Notes: a model not told the origin generated them from the letters alone. Shown: positions 26,565-36,803, numbered from the stretch's first letter. The stretch is DNA of 64,000 nucleotides from Patescibacteria group bacterium (GCA_028716045.1 JAQUQO010000001.1:862343-926342); one strand, 5' to 3'. Translations and numbers: made by a program.

Positions 26565-26603
26565 GATTTTTAAGAGTGTCAGATAAATTTTCAAATTTAA
26601 TAT

Positions 26604-26635
26604 AAAAACCCCTGATATGGAATCCGGGGTTTTTA
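26604..26635. terminator. bidirectional intrinsic terminator between the tRNA array and hup
   Basis: A5-CCCCTGA-TATGGAA-TCCGGGG-T5. Confidence 0.6.
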
Positions 26636-26646
26636 ATTTTGTATTT

Positions 26647-26946
26647 TTATGCCTGCGCCGATGGAGTCGGTTTTTTAAGCGCGTCTTTTAGGGCTTTGCC
26701 GGCTTTGAACTTCGGGACGATGACGGTGGGAATTTGGATTTTTTCGCTCGGTTTTTGCGGATTAACGCCCATTCTGGAAGAGCGAGTTCTGGCAGAAAAA
26801 GTCCCGAACCCCGTGAGCGTCACTTCTCCGCCGGATTTTAACGCGGAGGTGATCGTCCCCAACAAAGTTTCAAGCATATCTTCAGCCTGTTTTTTAGAAA
26901 CATTAACCTTTTCGGAAATTAAATTTATTAATTCAGCTTTATTCAT
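26647..26946 (-). CDS. hup: HU family nucleoid-associated DNA-binding protein
   Basis: 99 aa. MNKAELI...GFGTF...RNP(Q)T arm motif typical of HU/IHF. Confidence 0.85.
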   Translation of the reverse strand: MNKAELINLISEKVNVSKKQAEDMLETLLGTITSALKSGGEVTLTGFGTFSARTRSSRMGVNPQKPSEKIQIPTVIVPKFKAGKALKDALKKPTPSAQA

Positions 26947-26986
26947 ATTATTTTTTCCCCTTTCTTCCGCCCTTGGGCGGGCTTAT

Positions 26987-27787
26987 TTATATTTTTATTT
27001 CTTTATTAATACGTAATATTTTTTCCGCCAGTTTATTTTTTGGATTGATTTCCACCAAAACACCATTGATAATGGCCGTTTCGTCTTCCGCCGCTTCAAT
27101 CGGCTGTTTGACTTGCGTCAAGAAAATTTTCAGCACATTTTCCTTGCTGGCTCCGATTATTGAATTAACACTGCCAGTCATGCCCGCGTCGCTTAGATAG
27201 GCCGTGCCCCGCGGGAGAATTTTTTCATCGGCTGTCTGGACATGCGTGTGCGTTCCGATGACGGCGGCCACGCGCCCGTCCGCATACCAGCCCAAAGCCA
27301 CTTTTTCGGAGGTAGCCTCGGCGTGAAAATCAACAATAATCCCATCTATTTTTTTATTTTTTGTCTTAGTTAAAATATCGTCCAAGGCGCGGAAGGGGCA
27401 GTCAAAGTTTTCCGAGAAAAATACCCGCCCCACCAGATTGATTACCAGCAGAGATTTTGTATCCACGGGAATAATTTTGTAACCCTCGCCTTCAACTCCC
27501 GGCGGGTAGTTGGCGGGGCGAATAATTTTATCTTTAAGCTCCGGATTTTTTAGAACTTCGTAGATTTCTTTTTTATCCCAAACATGATTGCCGGAAGTAA
27601 AAAAATCGACCCCGGCTTCAATAAGTTCTTGCATGCTTTTGGGGGCAATACCCAGGCCGTGCGCCATATTTTCGCCATTGGCAATGACAATATCCGGCGC
27701 ATATTCTTTTTTTAGTTCAGGCAAGGTTTTTTTAACGGCCTCTCTCCCTGTTTTCCCGTCAACGTCCCCCAAAAAGAGAATTTTCAT
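26987..27787 (-). CDS. ymdB: YmdB-like metallophosphoesterase (2',3'-cyclic nucleotide phosphodiesterase family)
   Basis: 266 aa. MKILFLGDVDGK and GNHVWD motifs. Immediately downstream of rny, as in Firmicutes. Confidence 0.8.
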   Translation of the reverse strand: MKILFLGDVDGKTGREAVKKTLPELKKEYAPDIVIANGENMAHGLGIAPKSMQELIEAGVDFFTSGNHVWDKKEIYEVLKNPELKDKIIRPANYPPGVEGEGYKIIPVDTKSLLVINLVGRVFFSENFDCPFRALDDILTKTKNKKIDGIIVDFHAEATSEKVALGWYADGRVAAVIGTHTHVQTADEKILPRGTAYLSDAGMTGSVNSIIGASKENVLKIFLTQVKQPIEAAEDETAIINGVLVEINPKNKLAEKILRINKEIKI

Positions 27788-27833
27788 GATGTTAGATTAT
27801 TTAGTTTTTATATGCCAGTCACTAGCTGTTTAT

Positions 27834-27862
27834 ATTATACAAAATTTAGCTAAGGTTAGCAA
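27834..27862 (-). promoter_or_regulatory. minus-strand promoter TTGCTA-N17-TATAAT upstream of ymdB
   Basis: Reverse-complement reading of 27834-27862. Confidence 0.45.
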
Positions 27863-27892
27863 CCTAATAAAAAGTCTGACCAATCGCCTAAA

Positions 27893-27927
27893 ATAAAAAT
27901 CCCCCGAATTTACTAGGGGGGATTTTT
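27893..27927. terminator. intrinsic terminator downstream of rny (ATCCCCCGAATTTACTAGGGGGGAT flanked by A-run and U-run)
   Basis: Read directly. Confidence 0.65.
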
Positions 27928-27940
27928 ATCAATATAATTT

Positions 27941-29467
27941 TTATCTGGCGTATTCTGTTACGCGGGATTCGCGAATAACATTTACTTTTATTTCTCCCGG
28001 GTATTTAAGCTCATCTTCTATTTTGGAAGCAATATCTCTGGCCAGCTTCATTGCCGCCAGGTCGTCTATTTTTTCCGGCTTGACAAAGACGCGCACCTCG
28101 CGGCCGGCTTGGATAGCGTAAACCTTTTCAATTCCTTCAAAAGACGAAGCGACATTTTCCAATTCTCCCAAACGTTGCAGATATTGTTCGTAAGTATCGC
28201 GCCGCGCGCCCGGACGGGCGCCGGAAATGGCATCTGCCACCTTGGCGATAATTCCTTCCAGAGTTTTGGGGTTATCCTCATGGTGGGCGATAGAAATATA
28301 GGCGACTTCTTCCGGCAGACCGAATTTTTTCATGATGTCATAACCGATTTGGGTATGGGTTCCCTGCACTTCATGGTCCACGGCTTTACCGATGTCGTGC
28401 AACAGCCCGCCTTTCAAAGCCACGGCGACATTGGCGCCCAATTCTTCGGCCAGCAATTTGGAAAGCAAGGCGACTTCAATGGAATGTTGCAAAACATTTT
28501 GCCCATAACTAGTGCGATACTTTAAACGGCCGAGAATCTGAACTAATTTGGGGTCAAGCCCGATGACACCGACTTCGTAAGTAGCCGCTTCGCCGGCTTT
28601 TTTAATATCCAACGCCAATTCTTTTTTGGCTTCTTCCACGGTTTCTTCAATTCTTCCCGGATGAATACGCCCGTCGGTAATTAATTTATCCAAAGTTCTT
28701 TTAGCTAAATGCCGGCGGATGGGATTAAAACCGGAAACCAGAATCGCTTCCGGAGTGTCATCCACGATAATTTCCACTCCGGTGAGCTGTTCAATAACTT
28801 TAATATTACGCCCTTCGCGGCCGATAATTCGTCCCTTCATTTCATCGGAAGGCAGGTTAACCACGGTAGTGGTGGTTTCCGTGGCATGCGAGGCGGCGAT
28901 TCTTTGCATAGTGGAAGTGATAAGAGATTTTGTTCTTCTCTCCACTTCTTCCGAGCCGTATTCTTCCAGTTTGCGGATTCTGGCCAAAAGCTCGTCTTTC
29001 ATTCTTTGTTCCGTTTGCTCCAACAGTAAATTTTTTGCTTCTTCCTTGGAAAGTTCCGCGATTTTTTCTAATTTGGCGATTTGTTCGTCGCGGATTTCGG
29101 AAATTTTTTGTTTGATTTTTTCCACCTCATTGGCCTTATCCTGCAAACGCTGACTTTTATTTTCCAAATCCAGCAATTTTTTGTCAAAAAGTTCTTCTCT
29201 CTTTTCCAGGCGGTCCTGGAGGTGTTTTAATTCCTGCCGGCGCAAAGTTTCTTCCCGTTTGGCATCGTCAATAATTTTCAGGGCTTTATCTTTGGATTCT
29301 AAAAGAATTTCTTTTTGTTTTTGTTTAGCCTCGTTGATTAAATTTTCCGCTTTGATTTCCGCGGAATTTACTTTTTGTTTGGCGATGACCTTGCGGATAA
29401 AATAACCAATAAAAAATCCTGCCAGCGCCAAGACAAGCAAGATTAAAAACCAAAATAAATTTTCCAT
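27941..29467 (-). CDS. rny: ribonuclease Y
   Basis: 508 aa. N-terminal TM helix and coiled coil. KH domain (IIGREGRNIKVIEQLTGVEIIVDD). HD domain (GLLHDIGKA). Confidence 0.9.
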   Translation of the reverse strand: MENLFWFLILLVLALAGFFIGYFIRKVIAKQKVNSAEIKAENLINEAKQKQKEILLESKDKALKIIDDAKREETLRRQELKHLQDRLEKREELFDKKLLDLENKSQRLQDKANEVEKIKQKISEIRDEQIAKLEKIAELSKEEAKNLLLEQTEQRMKDELLARIRKLEEYGSEEVERRTKSLITSTMQRIAASHATETTTTVVNLPSDEMKGRIIGREGRNIKVIEQLTGVEIIVDDTPEAILVSGFNPIRRHLAKRTLDKLITDGRIHPGRIEETVEEAKKELALDIKKAGEAATYEVGVIGLDPKLVQILGRLKYRTSYGQNVLQHSIEVALLSKLLAEELGANVAVALKGGLLHDIGKAVDHEVQGTHTQIGYDIMKKFGLPEEVAYISIAHHEDNPKTLEGIIAKVADAISGARPGARRDTYEQYLQRLGELENVASSFEGIEKVYAIQAGREVRVFVKPEKIDDLAAMKLARDIASKIEDELKYPGEIKVNVIRESRVTEYAR

Positions 29468-29750
29468 AGTTATCTCCTATTTTATTCTCGACCGAGAAGA
29501 GATATTTAGCGAGATGAGTGAAGTTACAAACAAACTATATCCGCGTTTGGCGGGCAATTTTTACTTTCGCAGTTTGCTATATAAATTACTCATGAAGTTT
29601 GCTAATTACCAAAGTTTTATCTATAGATAAACCCTTCTTTTCTTTCATTTCGGCCATTTTTGAGCTTTTCCTTTCGGGTCGAGAACTTTTATTTATTATT
29701 GATGAATCTATCTTAACACAGGGCCGGTAAATTGGCAAGGCCGCGCGTTT

Positions 29751-29779
29751 TTGACATTCTTTTTCAGATTTGTTATAGT
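29751..29779 (+). promoter_or_regulatory. sigma70-like promoter TTGACA-N17-TATAGT for purF
   Basis: Consensus spacing. SD AAGGAGG 7 nt before the ATG. Confidence 0.55.
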
Positions 29780-29839
29780 GGATTTTCCCGAGAGGAACCT
29801 TGAAAACAAAATAACTTTAAAAATAAAGGAGGAAGAAAG

Positions 29840-31276
29840 ATGTGTGGAATAGTAGGCGTTAAAGGCCATCCGGAAGGATTGAATCTTTTATTTTTAGCTC
29901 TTCTGGGGCTTGAACACCGTGGCCAAGCGGCAAAAGGCATTGCCGCTCTTACGCGACTAGATCCTTTGACCATTAAAGTGTTAAAGGACCACGGGTCGGC
30001 GGCCGAGGCTTTGCGTCCCGAAGTATTCGTTAAAGAGGGTTTGCTTAATCAACTGGTTATCGGCCATACTCGTTGGCCGACGCAAGGCGATAATTCCAAG
30101 CGTAATATCCAGCCGCACTTTTCCCAGACCTATGCCGGAAAAATCGCGCTGGCAAGCAATGGTGATATTGTGAATATGGATGAACAGAGGAATTTTTTGA
30201 GGTCGCGCAATATTAAAATTTACAGCGAAAACGATGCCGAAATTATCGCCGCGTCCATCATTTATCAGATGTTTATTAGAAAGCAGAAGAAGGATACGGT
30301 GGAGGCTATTTTTCAGGTAATGGAACATATTAAGGGTTCATTTTCTGCCGTGATGATGACAGAGTTTGACGAGAAGCTTTACGCTTTCTGCGACCCGCGC
30401 GGCATTCGGCCGCTGATTATGGCGCAGATTAATGAGCGCGGCAATCCTTACTTTGTTTTTACTTCCGAGGATTGCGTAATTGATAATTTTGTCAATTACG
30501 GCCAGGATTCTTGCGTAATAGAAAAGCGGTGGTTGGAGCCCGGGGAAATAGTTGAGGTTGATAAAAACAAGGCCAAAAGCTATCTCTACCACGAAAGAAT
30601 GAGTAGGCAATTTTGTATTTTTGAATTTATTTACTTTTGCCGTCCGGACTCTTGCGATTGGCGGGGCCAGTCTTTTTATTCCATTCGTGAAAACTTTGGT
30701 CGCGAATTGGCTCGCGAGCATCCGGTTAAGGCTGATATCGTTGTGCCAGTCCCCGAGAGTGGCATACCCGCAGCTATTGGTTATGCGCAAGAGTCAAAAA
30801 TCCCGTTCGCTTTTGGTATCCTCACCGAGCGGGGGTTTGGTAAGAAAAGAACTTTCATTGAAATGGACCCCCGAGGGTTGAGCAAGATTAAATACCACGT
30901 GATTAAAGATGTGGTTCGCGGGAAAAGGGTAGTAGTGGTAGACGATTCGGTGGTTCGCGGTAATGCTTCGTCCCATATCGTCGCGGAGTTATTCAAAAAC
31001 GGCGCTAAAGAAGTTCATTTACGAATACCCTCCCCGCCCTATCGCTATTCTTGCGATTTAGGAGTAGAAACAAGGGACCCCGATACTTTAATCGCTTCCC
31101 GCGCTGATGGCGATATTGAAAAAATTCGTCTTTATCTCGCTTCAAATGATTGGGGCCCGCCGACCTCGCTCGGCTATCTTTCCCTTGATGGAGCCCTTAA
31201 AGTTGTCGGTCTCAAACGGGATAATATGTGCCACCACTGTTTCTCCGGCGAGCATCCTTTGCGTCCCCAAAAGTAA
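29840..31276 (+). CDS. purF: amidophosphoribosyltransferase
   Basis: 478 aa. N-terminal MCGIVG (Ntn Cys1). C-terminal PRTase motif VVVVDDSVVRGN. Confidence 0.8.
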   Translation: MCGIVGVKGHPEGLNLLFLALLGLEHRGQAAKGIAALTRLDPLTIKVLKDHGSAAEALRPEVFVKEGLLNQLVIGHTRWPTQGDNSKRNIQPHFSQTYAGKIALASNGDIVNMDEQRNFLRSRNIKIYSENDAEIIAASIIYQMFIRKQKKDTVEAIFQVMEHIKGSFSAVMMTEFDEKLYAFCDPRGIRPLIMAQINERGNPYFVFTSEDCVIDNFVNYGQDSCVIEKRWLEPGEIVEVDKNKAKSYLYHERMSRQFCIFEFIYFCRPDSCDWRGQSFYSIRENFGRELAREHPVKADIVVPVPESGIPAAIGYAQESKIPFAFGILTERGFGKKRTFIEMDPRGLSKIKYHVIKDVVRGKRVVVVDDSVVRGNASSHIVAELFKNGAKEVHLRIPSPPYRYSCDLGVETRDPDTLIASRADGDIEKIRLYLASNDWGPPTSLGYLSLDGALKVVGLKRDNMCHHCFSGEHPLRPQK

Positions 31277-31330
31277 AAATTATTCCAATCAAAAAAGAGC
31301 GTCTAAACTTAGCCGCTCTTTTTTATTTTT

Positions 31331-32026
31331 TTATAATTCTTTAAGATATTTTTGCCAATTCTCGGCCGTTATCTCCCCGATGTCAACGGCATCTTTTAAT
31401 TTATATTTTCCAATTTCAGTTCTTTGCAATTCTTCTAGATACGCGCCGCGATTAAGAGCGAGTCCGATGTCATAAGCCAGCGAGCGAATGTAAGTTCCCG
31501 AAGAACACTGGATTTTGATTTTTAGGCAAGGATAGTCGTATTCCAATAATTCTATTTTATAAATCGTAATTTGTTGGGGTTGCCGTTCTATTTTTTTGCC
31601 TTGGCGCGCCAGTTCGTATAGTTTTTTGCCATGGACTTTTTTGGCGGAAAACATCGGCGGGATTTGGGGTTGCGGGCGGAGGAATTTTTTGAGGACTTTA
31701 TTTATGTCGTCTACCGTAGGCGGGATAGTGTCACTTTGCTCGCCGTCTCTTGTATTGAAATCAGTAATTTTTCCTTCCGAGTCATAAGTATCAGATATTT
31801 TTCCGAGTCGCAGGGTGGCAATATATTCTTTATCCAATTTTACAAATTTATTTATTTCTTTAGTAGCTTCCCGTCCCACGCCGACAATAAGCAGGCCCGT
31901 GGCAAAAGGGTCTAATGTTCCGGCATGGCCGATTTTTTGTATACCGGTCATACCTCGCAATTTAGCTATCACGTCATGCGAAGTCCAGGATTTGGGTTTG
32001 TTGATGAGGAGAAATTCGATGTTCAT
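31331..32026 (-). CDS. truB: tRNA pseudouridine(55) synthase
   Basis: 231 aa. [13 protein letters not shown] motif, TruB N-terminus. Confidence 0.85.
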   Translation of the reverse strand: MNIEFLLINKPKSWTSHDVIAKLRGMTGIQKIGHAGTLDPFATGLLIVGVGREATKEINKFVKLDKEYIATLRLGKISDTYDSEGKITDFNTRDGEQSDTIPPTVDDINKVLKKFLRPQPQIPPMFSAKKVHGKKLYELARQGKKIERQPQQITIYKIELLEYDYPCLKIKIQCSSGTYIRSLAYDIGLALNRGAYLEELQRTEIGKYKLKDAVDIGEITAENWQKYLKEL

Positions 32027-32209
32027 ATTTTATATTTCCCCCTCCTTATCTAAGAGAGGAGTTTTTATTACATCTTCAATTCTACCAGTCCTTGACAGAA
32101 TGGGCAAAAATAGTATAATAAAGGTACTCTTTCATAACGAAAGAATCCTGGACCTCGGGGAAGAGGTGAAAATCAAATTTCGGGCAATGTAGCCTGAAAG
32201 GAGTACAAA

Positions 32210-33133
32210 ATGGGTAATAAGTGGATGACTCAGGATTGGACTACTGGCGACTTAAATGCTTTGGTCAAAAATTTAGGCGGAGAAAAAGTCGCCAGAAAAA
32301 TCCAACGAGGAGAAGTAAAGGTAATGTTTAAGGATGTTATGGAGGTGTTCTTTGACAAGCACGGCCGTCGGATTCCTAACGGTCTACAAGCTAGAGTCCG
32401 CGATGCGGACAGGGAATTTCAGCTGGTTCAGCCGAAGCTGGAAACAGATATTGATTATCTTGATCGCCTTAAGCGATTACATGAGGGTCTCAATTCGTAT
32501 ACGAAGATTACCGGCGAACAATTCAAGGCGGAAACTGAACGTCTCTTGGTTCTGATTCGGAGCAACCCCCAAGTTGCCAATATTACCAAGGGTATTTGGT
32601 TGCCAGTGGTTCTACCTCGACTCACAGTTAACAACCTCGGAGTCACTCTTAAGCAGTATCTTGAAGCAGTCGGCAAGAGCTACACTAAAACCTTTAGCGA
32701 TCGGAGGTTTTGCAACATTTGCAAGGGCACTTTGGCGGGCGAGGTCAATATTGTCCCAAGAAGCCGGCATGACCAGCTTATTGAGCGGATGGAGCAAGGG
32801 CCGGTTGTTGGGCTTCACTTCCCAAACCCACTACAGGGGTTTTCCATTGATGCCAGCAGGGAACAAATGTCAGTATTACCGGAATGGTTTTTTCTTTCCG
32901 GCATAGATACTCCCATTGCCATGGTGATGTATCCTGACATCCTAGCTCGCGACTTTAATACGCCCGGACTGTATATGGCCGCTCTTTCTTTGCAGTCCAC
33001 TAGCTGTTCGCTCTATTTTAAGGCCGATAAAGACGAGCTTGACTTCGCCCACACGCCCCTTCTGGCCAGCGTCAACCCCGCCTGGGCTAGCGGTCTTCTT
33101 TTTCTCGGGCCAGCCAATTCAGCGGGTGCGTAG
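32210..33133 (+). CDS. hypothetical protein, no recognisable family; markedly more G+C-rich than its neighbours
   Basis: 307 aa. SD GAAAGGAG upstream. Composition and codon choice differ from the flanking truB and infB. Confidence 0.6.
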   Translation: MGNKWMTQDWTTGDLNALVKNLGGEKVARKIQRGEVKVMFKDVMEVFFDKHGRRIPNGLQARVRDADREFQLVQPKLETDIDYLDRLKRLHEGLNSYTKITGEQFKAETERLLVLIRSNPQVANITKGIWLPVVLPRLTVNNLGVTLKQYLEAVGKSYTKTFSDRRFCNICKGTLAGEVNIVPRSRHDQLIERMEQGPVVGLHFPNPLQGFSIDASREQMSVLPEWFFLSGIDTPIAMVMYPDILARDFNTPGLYMAALSLQSTSCSLYFKADKDELDFAHTPLLASVNPAWASGLLFLGPANSAGA

Positions 33134-33218
33134 TGCTAACCCCACACGCCGTCGGTATAGCCGATATTAGTCAGACTGAAATTCGGTTTTCTCCGTCAAA
33201 GGCAAACAAGTAATCCCC

Positions 33219-33251
33219 AGCTCAATCCATAATCCGGATTGAGCTTTTTTA
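33219..33251 (+). terminator. intrinsic terminator GCTCAATCC-N7-GGATTGAGC + T6
   Basis: Read directly. Confidence 0.6.
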
Positions 33252-33290
33252 TTATCATTTTCCTATATTTTAATGTTGTAATGTATAAAA

Positions 33291-33319
33291 TTGACTATCC
33301 CTTCAAATTGTTATAAGAT
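33291..33319 (+). promoter_or_regulatory. promoter TTGACT-N17-TAAGAT for infB
   Basis: Read directly. A leader of ~100 nt contains the 21-bp hairpin repeat. Confidence 0.5.
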
Positions 33320-33357
33320 AAGAACGCTGTTATAAAATTATTTTTTTATGTCATTGC

Positions 33358-33378
33358 GACCCCGCCTTGGCGGGGGAA
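33358..33378 (+). repeat. second exact copy of GACCCCGCCTTGGCGGGGGAA (flanked by ATTGC/GCAAT)
   Basis: Identical 21-mer to 25969-25989. Confidence 0.8.
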
Positions 33379-33421
33379 GCAATCTCTAAATGTCAGGGTT
33401 TTCGCGAAGACAATAAATTTT

Positions 33422-35386
33422 ATGAATGTCACCGAACTAGCCAGAAAATTAAAAGTGACCACCGAAGATTTGCTCAATATCTTGCCGCAGATTGGTTTTG
33501 ATATTGGCCAAAAAGCCATTAAGGTTGACGACCGCACAGCCGAACGCATTATCCGCGAATGGCCGATGAAGATGAGAGAATTGAAAAAAAGATTGGATGA
33601 GTCAGCTGTGGGAGAAGAAGGTGCAGAGGAAAAAGAAGCAGAAATAAAAGAAGTTAAAATCCCGCCGGTGATTATAGTCAAAGATTTCGCGCAGAGATTG
33701 GGCTTGCCAGTCACCCAGGTTTTAATGGAGCTTATGAAAAGCGGAATCCTTTCCGCCCAGAATGAAAAAATAGATTTTTCCACGGCGACTATTGTGGCCG
33801 AGGATTTGGGCTACCAAACCGTGCCCGAAGGAAGTTCGGAAGAGGAAATTAAAATCAGCGATAAAATTTCGGAATTATTAAAGGATGAAAAGGATTTAGA
33901 ATATCGCGCACCGGTGATTGTGGTTATGGGACACGTTGACCATGGTAAGACCAAACTTTTAGACGCTATCAGAAAAACCAATGTTATGGAATCCGAAGCC
34001 GGAGGCATCACCCAGCACATTGGCGCTTATCAGGTGCAAAAAAACGGCCGGGCTTTGACTTTTATTGACACCCCGGGCCACGAGGCGTTTTCAGCCATGC
34101 GTTCGCGCGGAGCAAAAATCGCCGACATTGCCATTCTGGTGGTGGCCGCTGATGACGGCGTCAAACCGCAAACCCGGGAAGCAGTGGATATAATCAAAGC
34201 GGCTAAATTGCCATTGATTGTGGCGATAAATAAAATAGATAAAGAGGGCGTGAATATTGATAAAGTTAAGTCTGATTTGGCAGAAATCGGTTTGACGCCC
34301 GAGGATTGGGGCGGCAAAACAATTTGCGCGCCCATTTCCGCCAAGCAGAACATCGGCATTGACGAACTTTTGGAAGTTTTGCTTTTAGTAGCCGATATGG
34401 AAAAAGAAAATATCAAAGCTAACCCCGCGGGCAAACCGGTGGGCGTAATCGTGGAATCGCATATTGATGCCGGCGAAGGACCGGTGGCCACTTTACTTGT
34501 CAAAAACGGCGTTTTTAAAGCCGGCCACTTTTTGGGCGTTGATAATTTTCTTTATGGCAAAGTCCGTTCCATGAAAAATTGGAAAGGCGAGCAGGTGATG
34601 AAGGCCGGTCCGTCCATGCCAGTAAAGATTTTGGGATTTAAAATGGCGCCATTTGTGGGCGATGTAGTGGAAGGCAGAGAGAACGACAAGGGTCTGGAAA
34701 GAGATTGGAAAAGCAAAAGGGCTAATGAAGAAGTGAGCGTGATGGTGGGTCAAAAAAAGAAAGCCAGCGCCAAAGACTTGAATATTATTTTAAAAGCTGA
34801 TGTCTTGGGTTCGTTGGAAGCCATAGTCGCTTCCATAGAAAAAATTTCTCATCCGGATTTGAGCATTAATATCGTGGGCAAGGGACTGGGCAATATCACC
34901 GACAGCGATACTATGGAAGCCGAGGCCAGCAATGCCGAAATCATCGGTTTTCACGTTGGCGCCAATCAGGGCGTGGAAACTGTGGCGCAGGAGAAGAAAG
35001 TCGCGATAAAATATTATTCTATTATTTATAAGTTGTTGGAGGAACTTAAGGCGGAATTGGAGGGTTTGTTAGAAGCGCAGATTATTCGCCACGTTACGGG
35101 CAAATTAAGGATTATCGCGTTATTTAAGAGCGCTAAGGATACTATGATTGTCGGAGGGAAAATCACGGAAGGTAAAATTTTTAATGGTTCCAAATTTAGT
35201 ATCTGGCGAGGGAATAATAAAGTCGGAGCAGGAGCTATAAAAGAATTGCAGTCAGCCAAGATGGCGGTTAATGAGGCGGTGGAAGGGGAAGAGTGCGGTA
35301 TAAATGTAAAAACCGATACGGCCATTGCAGTCGGTGATATTTTGGAATGTTATACGGAAGAAAAGAAAGAACAAAAAATAAATTAA
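33422..35386 (+). CDS. infB: translation initiation factor IF-2 (short form)
   Basis: 654 aa. G-domain GHVDHGKTKLLD, DTPGHEAF, NKID. Confidence 0.9.
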   Translation: MNVTELARKLKVTTEDLLNILPQIGFDIGQKAIKVDDRTAERIIREWPMKMRELKKRLDESAVGEEGAEEKEAEIKEVKIPPVIIVKDFAQRLGLPVTQVLMELMKSGILSAQNEKIDFSTATIVAEDLGYQTVPEGSSEEEIKISDKISELLKDEKDLEYRAPVIVVMGHVDHGKTKLLDAIRKTNVMESEAGGITQHIGAYQVQKNGRALTFIDTPGHEAFSAMRSRGAKIADIAILVVAADDGVKPQTREAVDIIKAAKLPLIVAINKIDKEGVNIDKVKSDLAEIGLTPEDWGGKTICAPISAKQNIGIDELLEVLLLVADMEKENIKANPAGKPVGVIVESHIDAGEGPVATLLVKNGVFKAGHFLGVDNFLYGKVRSMKNWKGEQVMKAGPSMPVKILGFKMAPFVGDVVEGRENDKGLERDWKSKRANEEVSVMVGQKKKASAKDLNIILKADVLGSLEAIVASIEKISHPDLSINIVGKGLGNITDSDTMEAEASNAEIIGFHVGANQGVETVAQEKKVAIKYYSIIYKLLEELKAELEGLLEAQIIRHVTGKLRIIALFKSAKDTMIVGGKITEGKIFNGSKFSIWRGNNKVGAGAIKELQSAKMAVNEAVEGEECGINVKTDTAIAVGDILECYTEEKKEQKIN

Positions 35387-35463
35387 ATCCAAATCCTTAA
35401 AGTTTAATAAGTAGTGTAGTTTTTTATAAAAATTATTAACTAAGTAATCTAGGTTATTTTTTT

Positions 35464-35790
35464 ATGTCCAAAGTAGATTTAAATTCACAAAATTTTAAAA
35501 AAGAAGTGCTGGATTCCAAAGAAGTGGTGTTAGTTGATTTTTGGGCGTCGTGGTGCGGGCCTTGCCAGATGCTTGGTCCGATTTTAGATGACCTCGCCCA
35601 CGAGCTTGATGGTCAGGGGATAAAAATCGCCAAGGCCAACATTGAGGAAAACGAGGATTTAGCCAGCCAGTATCAGGTGATGAATGTGCCAACCATGTTT
35701 ATTTTTAAGGGCGGAAAAATTATTGATCAGCTCGTCGGTTTCATTCCCAAGGAAGAATTAAAAAAGAAGCTCATTTCTTATTTAAAATAA
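35464..35790 (+). CDS. trxA: thioredoxin
   Basis: 108 aa, WCGPC active site. Confidence 0.85.
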   Translation: MSKVDLNSQNFKKEVLDSKEVVLVDFWASWCGPCQMLGPILDDLAHELDGQGIKIAKANIEENEDLASQYQVMNVPTMFIFKGGKIIDQLVGFIPKEELKKKLISYLK

Positions 35791-35791
35791 T

Positions 35792-36721
35792 ATGGTTTAC
35801 GATACGATAATTATCGGTTCCGGTCCGGCGGGATACACGGCGGCAATTTATGCTTCCCGCGGCAGTTTAAAAACTTTGTTAGTTGACGGGTTGCAGATTG
35901 GTGGTCAGCTTATTATGACCACTACCATAGAAAATTTTCCCGGGTGGCCGGAAGGAGTTTTGGGAATAGAATTGATGAATAAAATGCGCCAGCAAGCCGA
36001 ACGATTCGGTACGGAAATAAAATCCGGCGAAGTTAAGGAAATTGATTTTAAAGCCCGACCATTCAAGGTAAAAACCGGCGATTCCGAGTTTGAAGGAAAA
36101 ACAATCATTATTGCCACCGGCGCTTCGGCGCGCTGGCTGGGTTTGCCTGAAGAGAAAAGATTGCGCAATGGCGGAGTTTCCGCTTGCGCCACCTGCGACG
36201 GATTTTTTACCAAGGGCAAAGAAGTGGCGGTTATCGGCGGAGGAGATACGGCTATGGAAGAAGCGAATTTTTTGACTCGTTTTGCCGATAAGGTGACGGT
36301 TATTCATCGTCGCGAGGAATTACGCGCTTCTAAAATCATGGTGGACCGCGCCAAGAGCAATCCCAAGATTGAATTTTTACCAAATTATGAGGTGATAGAA
36401 ATTTTAGGCGATAAAAAAGTGGAAGGCCTGCGTCTTAAAAATACTAAAACAGGGGAGTTAAAAGAATTTAAATGCGCAGCGGTATTTTTGGCCATTGGCC
36501 ATCAGCCCAATGTCGGATTCTTGAATGGCAAGATAGAATTGGATGAGAGAGGATATATCAAAACCGAATCTAACTCCACCCAAACCAATATCCCGGGAGT
36601 ATTTGCCGCCGGCGATGTGGCTGATTCGCGCTATCGTCAGGCGATTATTGCCGCCGGCCGTGGTTGTATGGCGGCTAAAGAAGCGGGGTGGTATTTAGAG
36701 GACGGAGAAAATAAAAAATAA
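35792..36721 (+). CDS. trxB: thioredoxin-disulfide reductase
   Basis: 309 aa. GSGPAGYTAAIY FAD motif. Redox-active CATC. NADPH GGGD motif. Confidence 0.9.
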   Translation: MVYDTIIIGSGPAGYTAAIYASRGSLKTLLVDGLQIGGQLIMTTTIENFPGWPEGVLGIELMNKMRQQAERFGTEIKSGEVKEIDFKARPFKVKTGDSEFEGKTIIIATGASARWLGLPEEKRLRNGGVSACATCDGFFTKGKEVAVIGGGDTAMEEANFLTRFADKVTVIHRREELRASKIMVDRAKSNPKIEFLPNYEVIEILGDKKVEGLRLKNTKTGELKEFKCAAVFLAIGHQPNVGFLNGKIELDERGYIKTESNSTQTNIPGVFAAGDVADSRYRQAIIAAGRGCMAAKEAGWYLEDGENKK

Positions 36722-36803
36722 TTTTAAGCTTATTTTTTATTATAAAGTTACTTTGATTTTACGGTTAAGCTTAAAAATCTTTTAGCAAATTAATTATAAA
36801 GAT

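Noticed and set aside
35879-36307. Antisense and shadow ORFs inside large genes (e.g. 35879-36307, 41286-41690, 46690-47151, 9471-9875, 17319-17897, 28109-28525, 33346-33783, 34030-34503, 38043-38534)
   Set aside because: Each lies entirely within a confidently assigned gene on the opposite strand or in another frame. None has a family-like sequence or translation signals.
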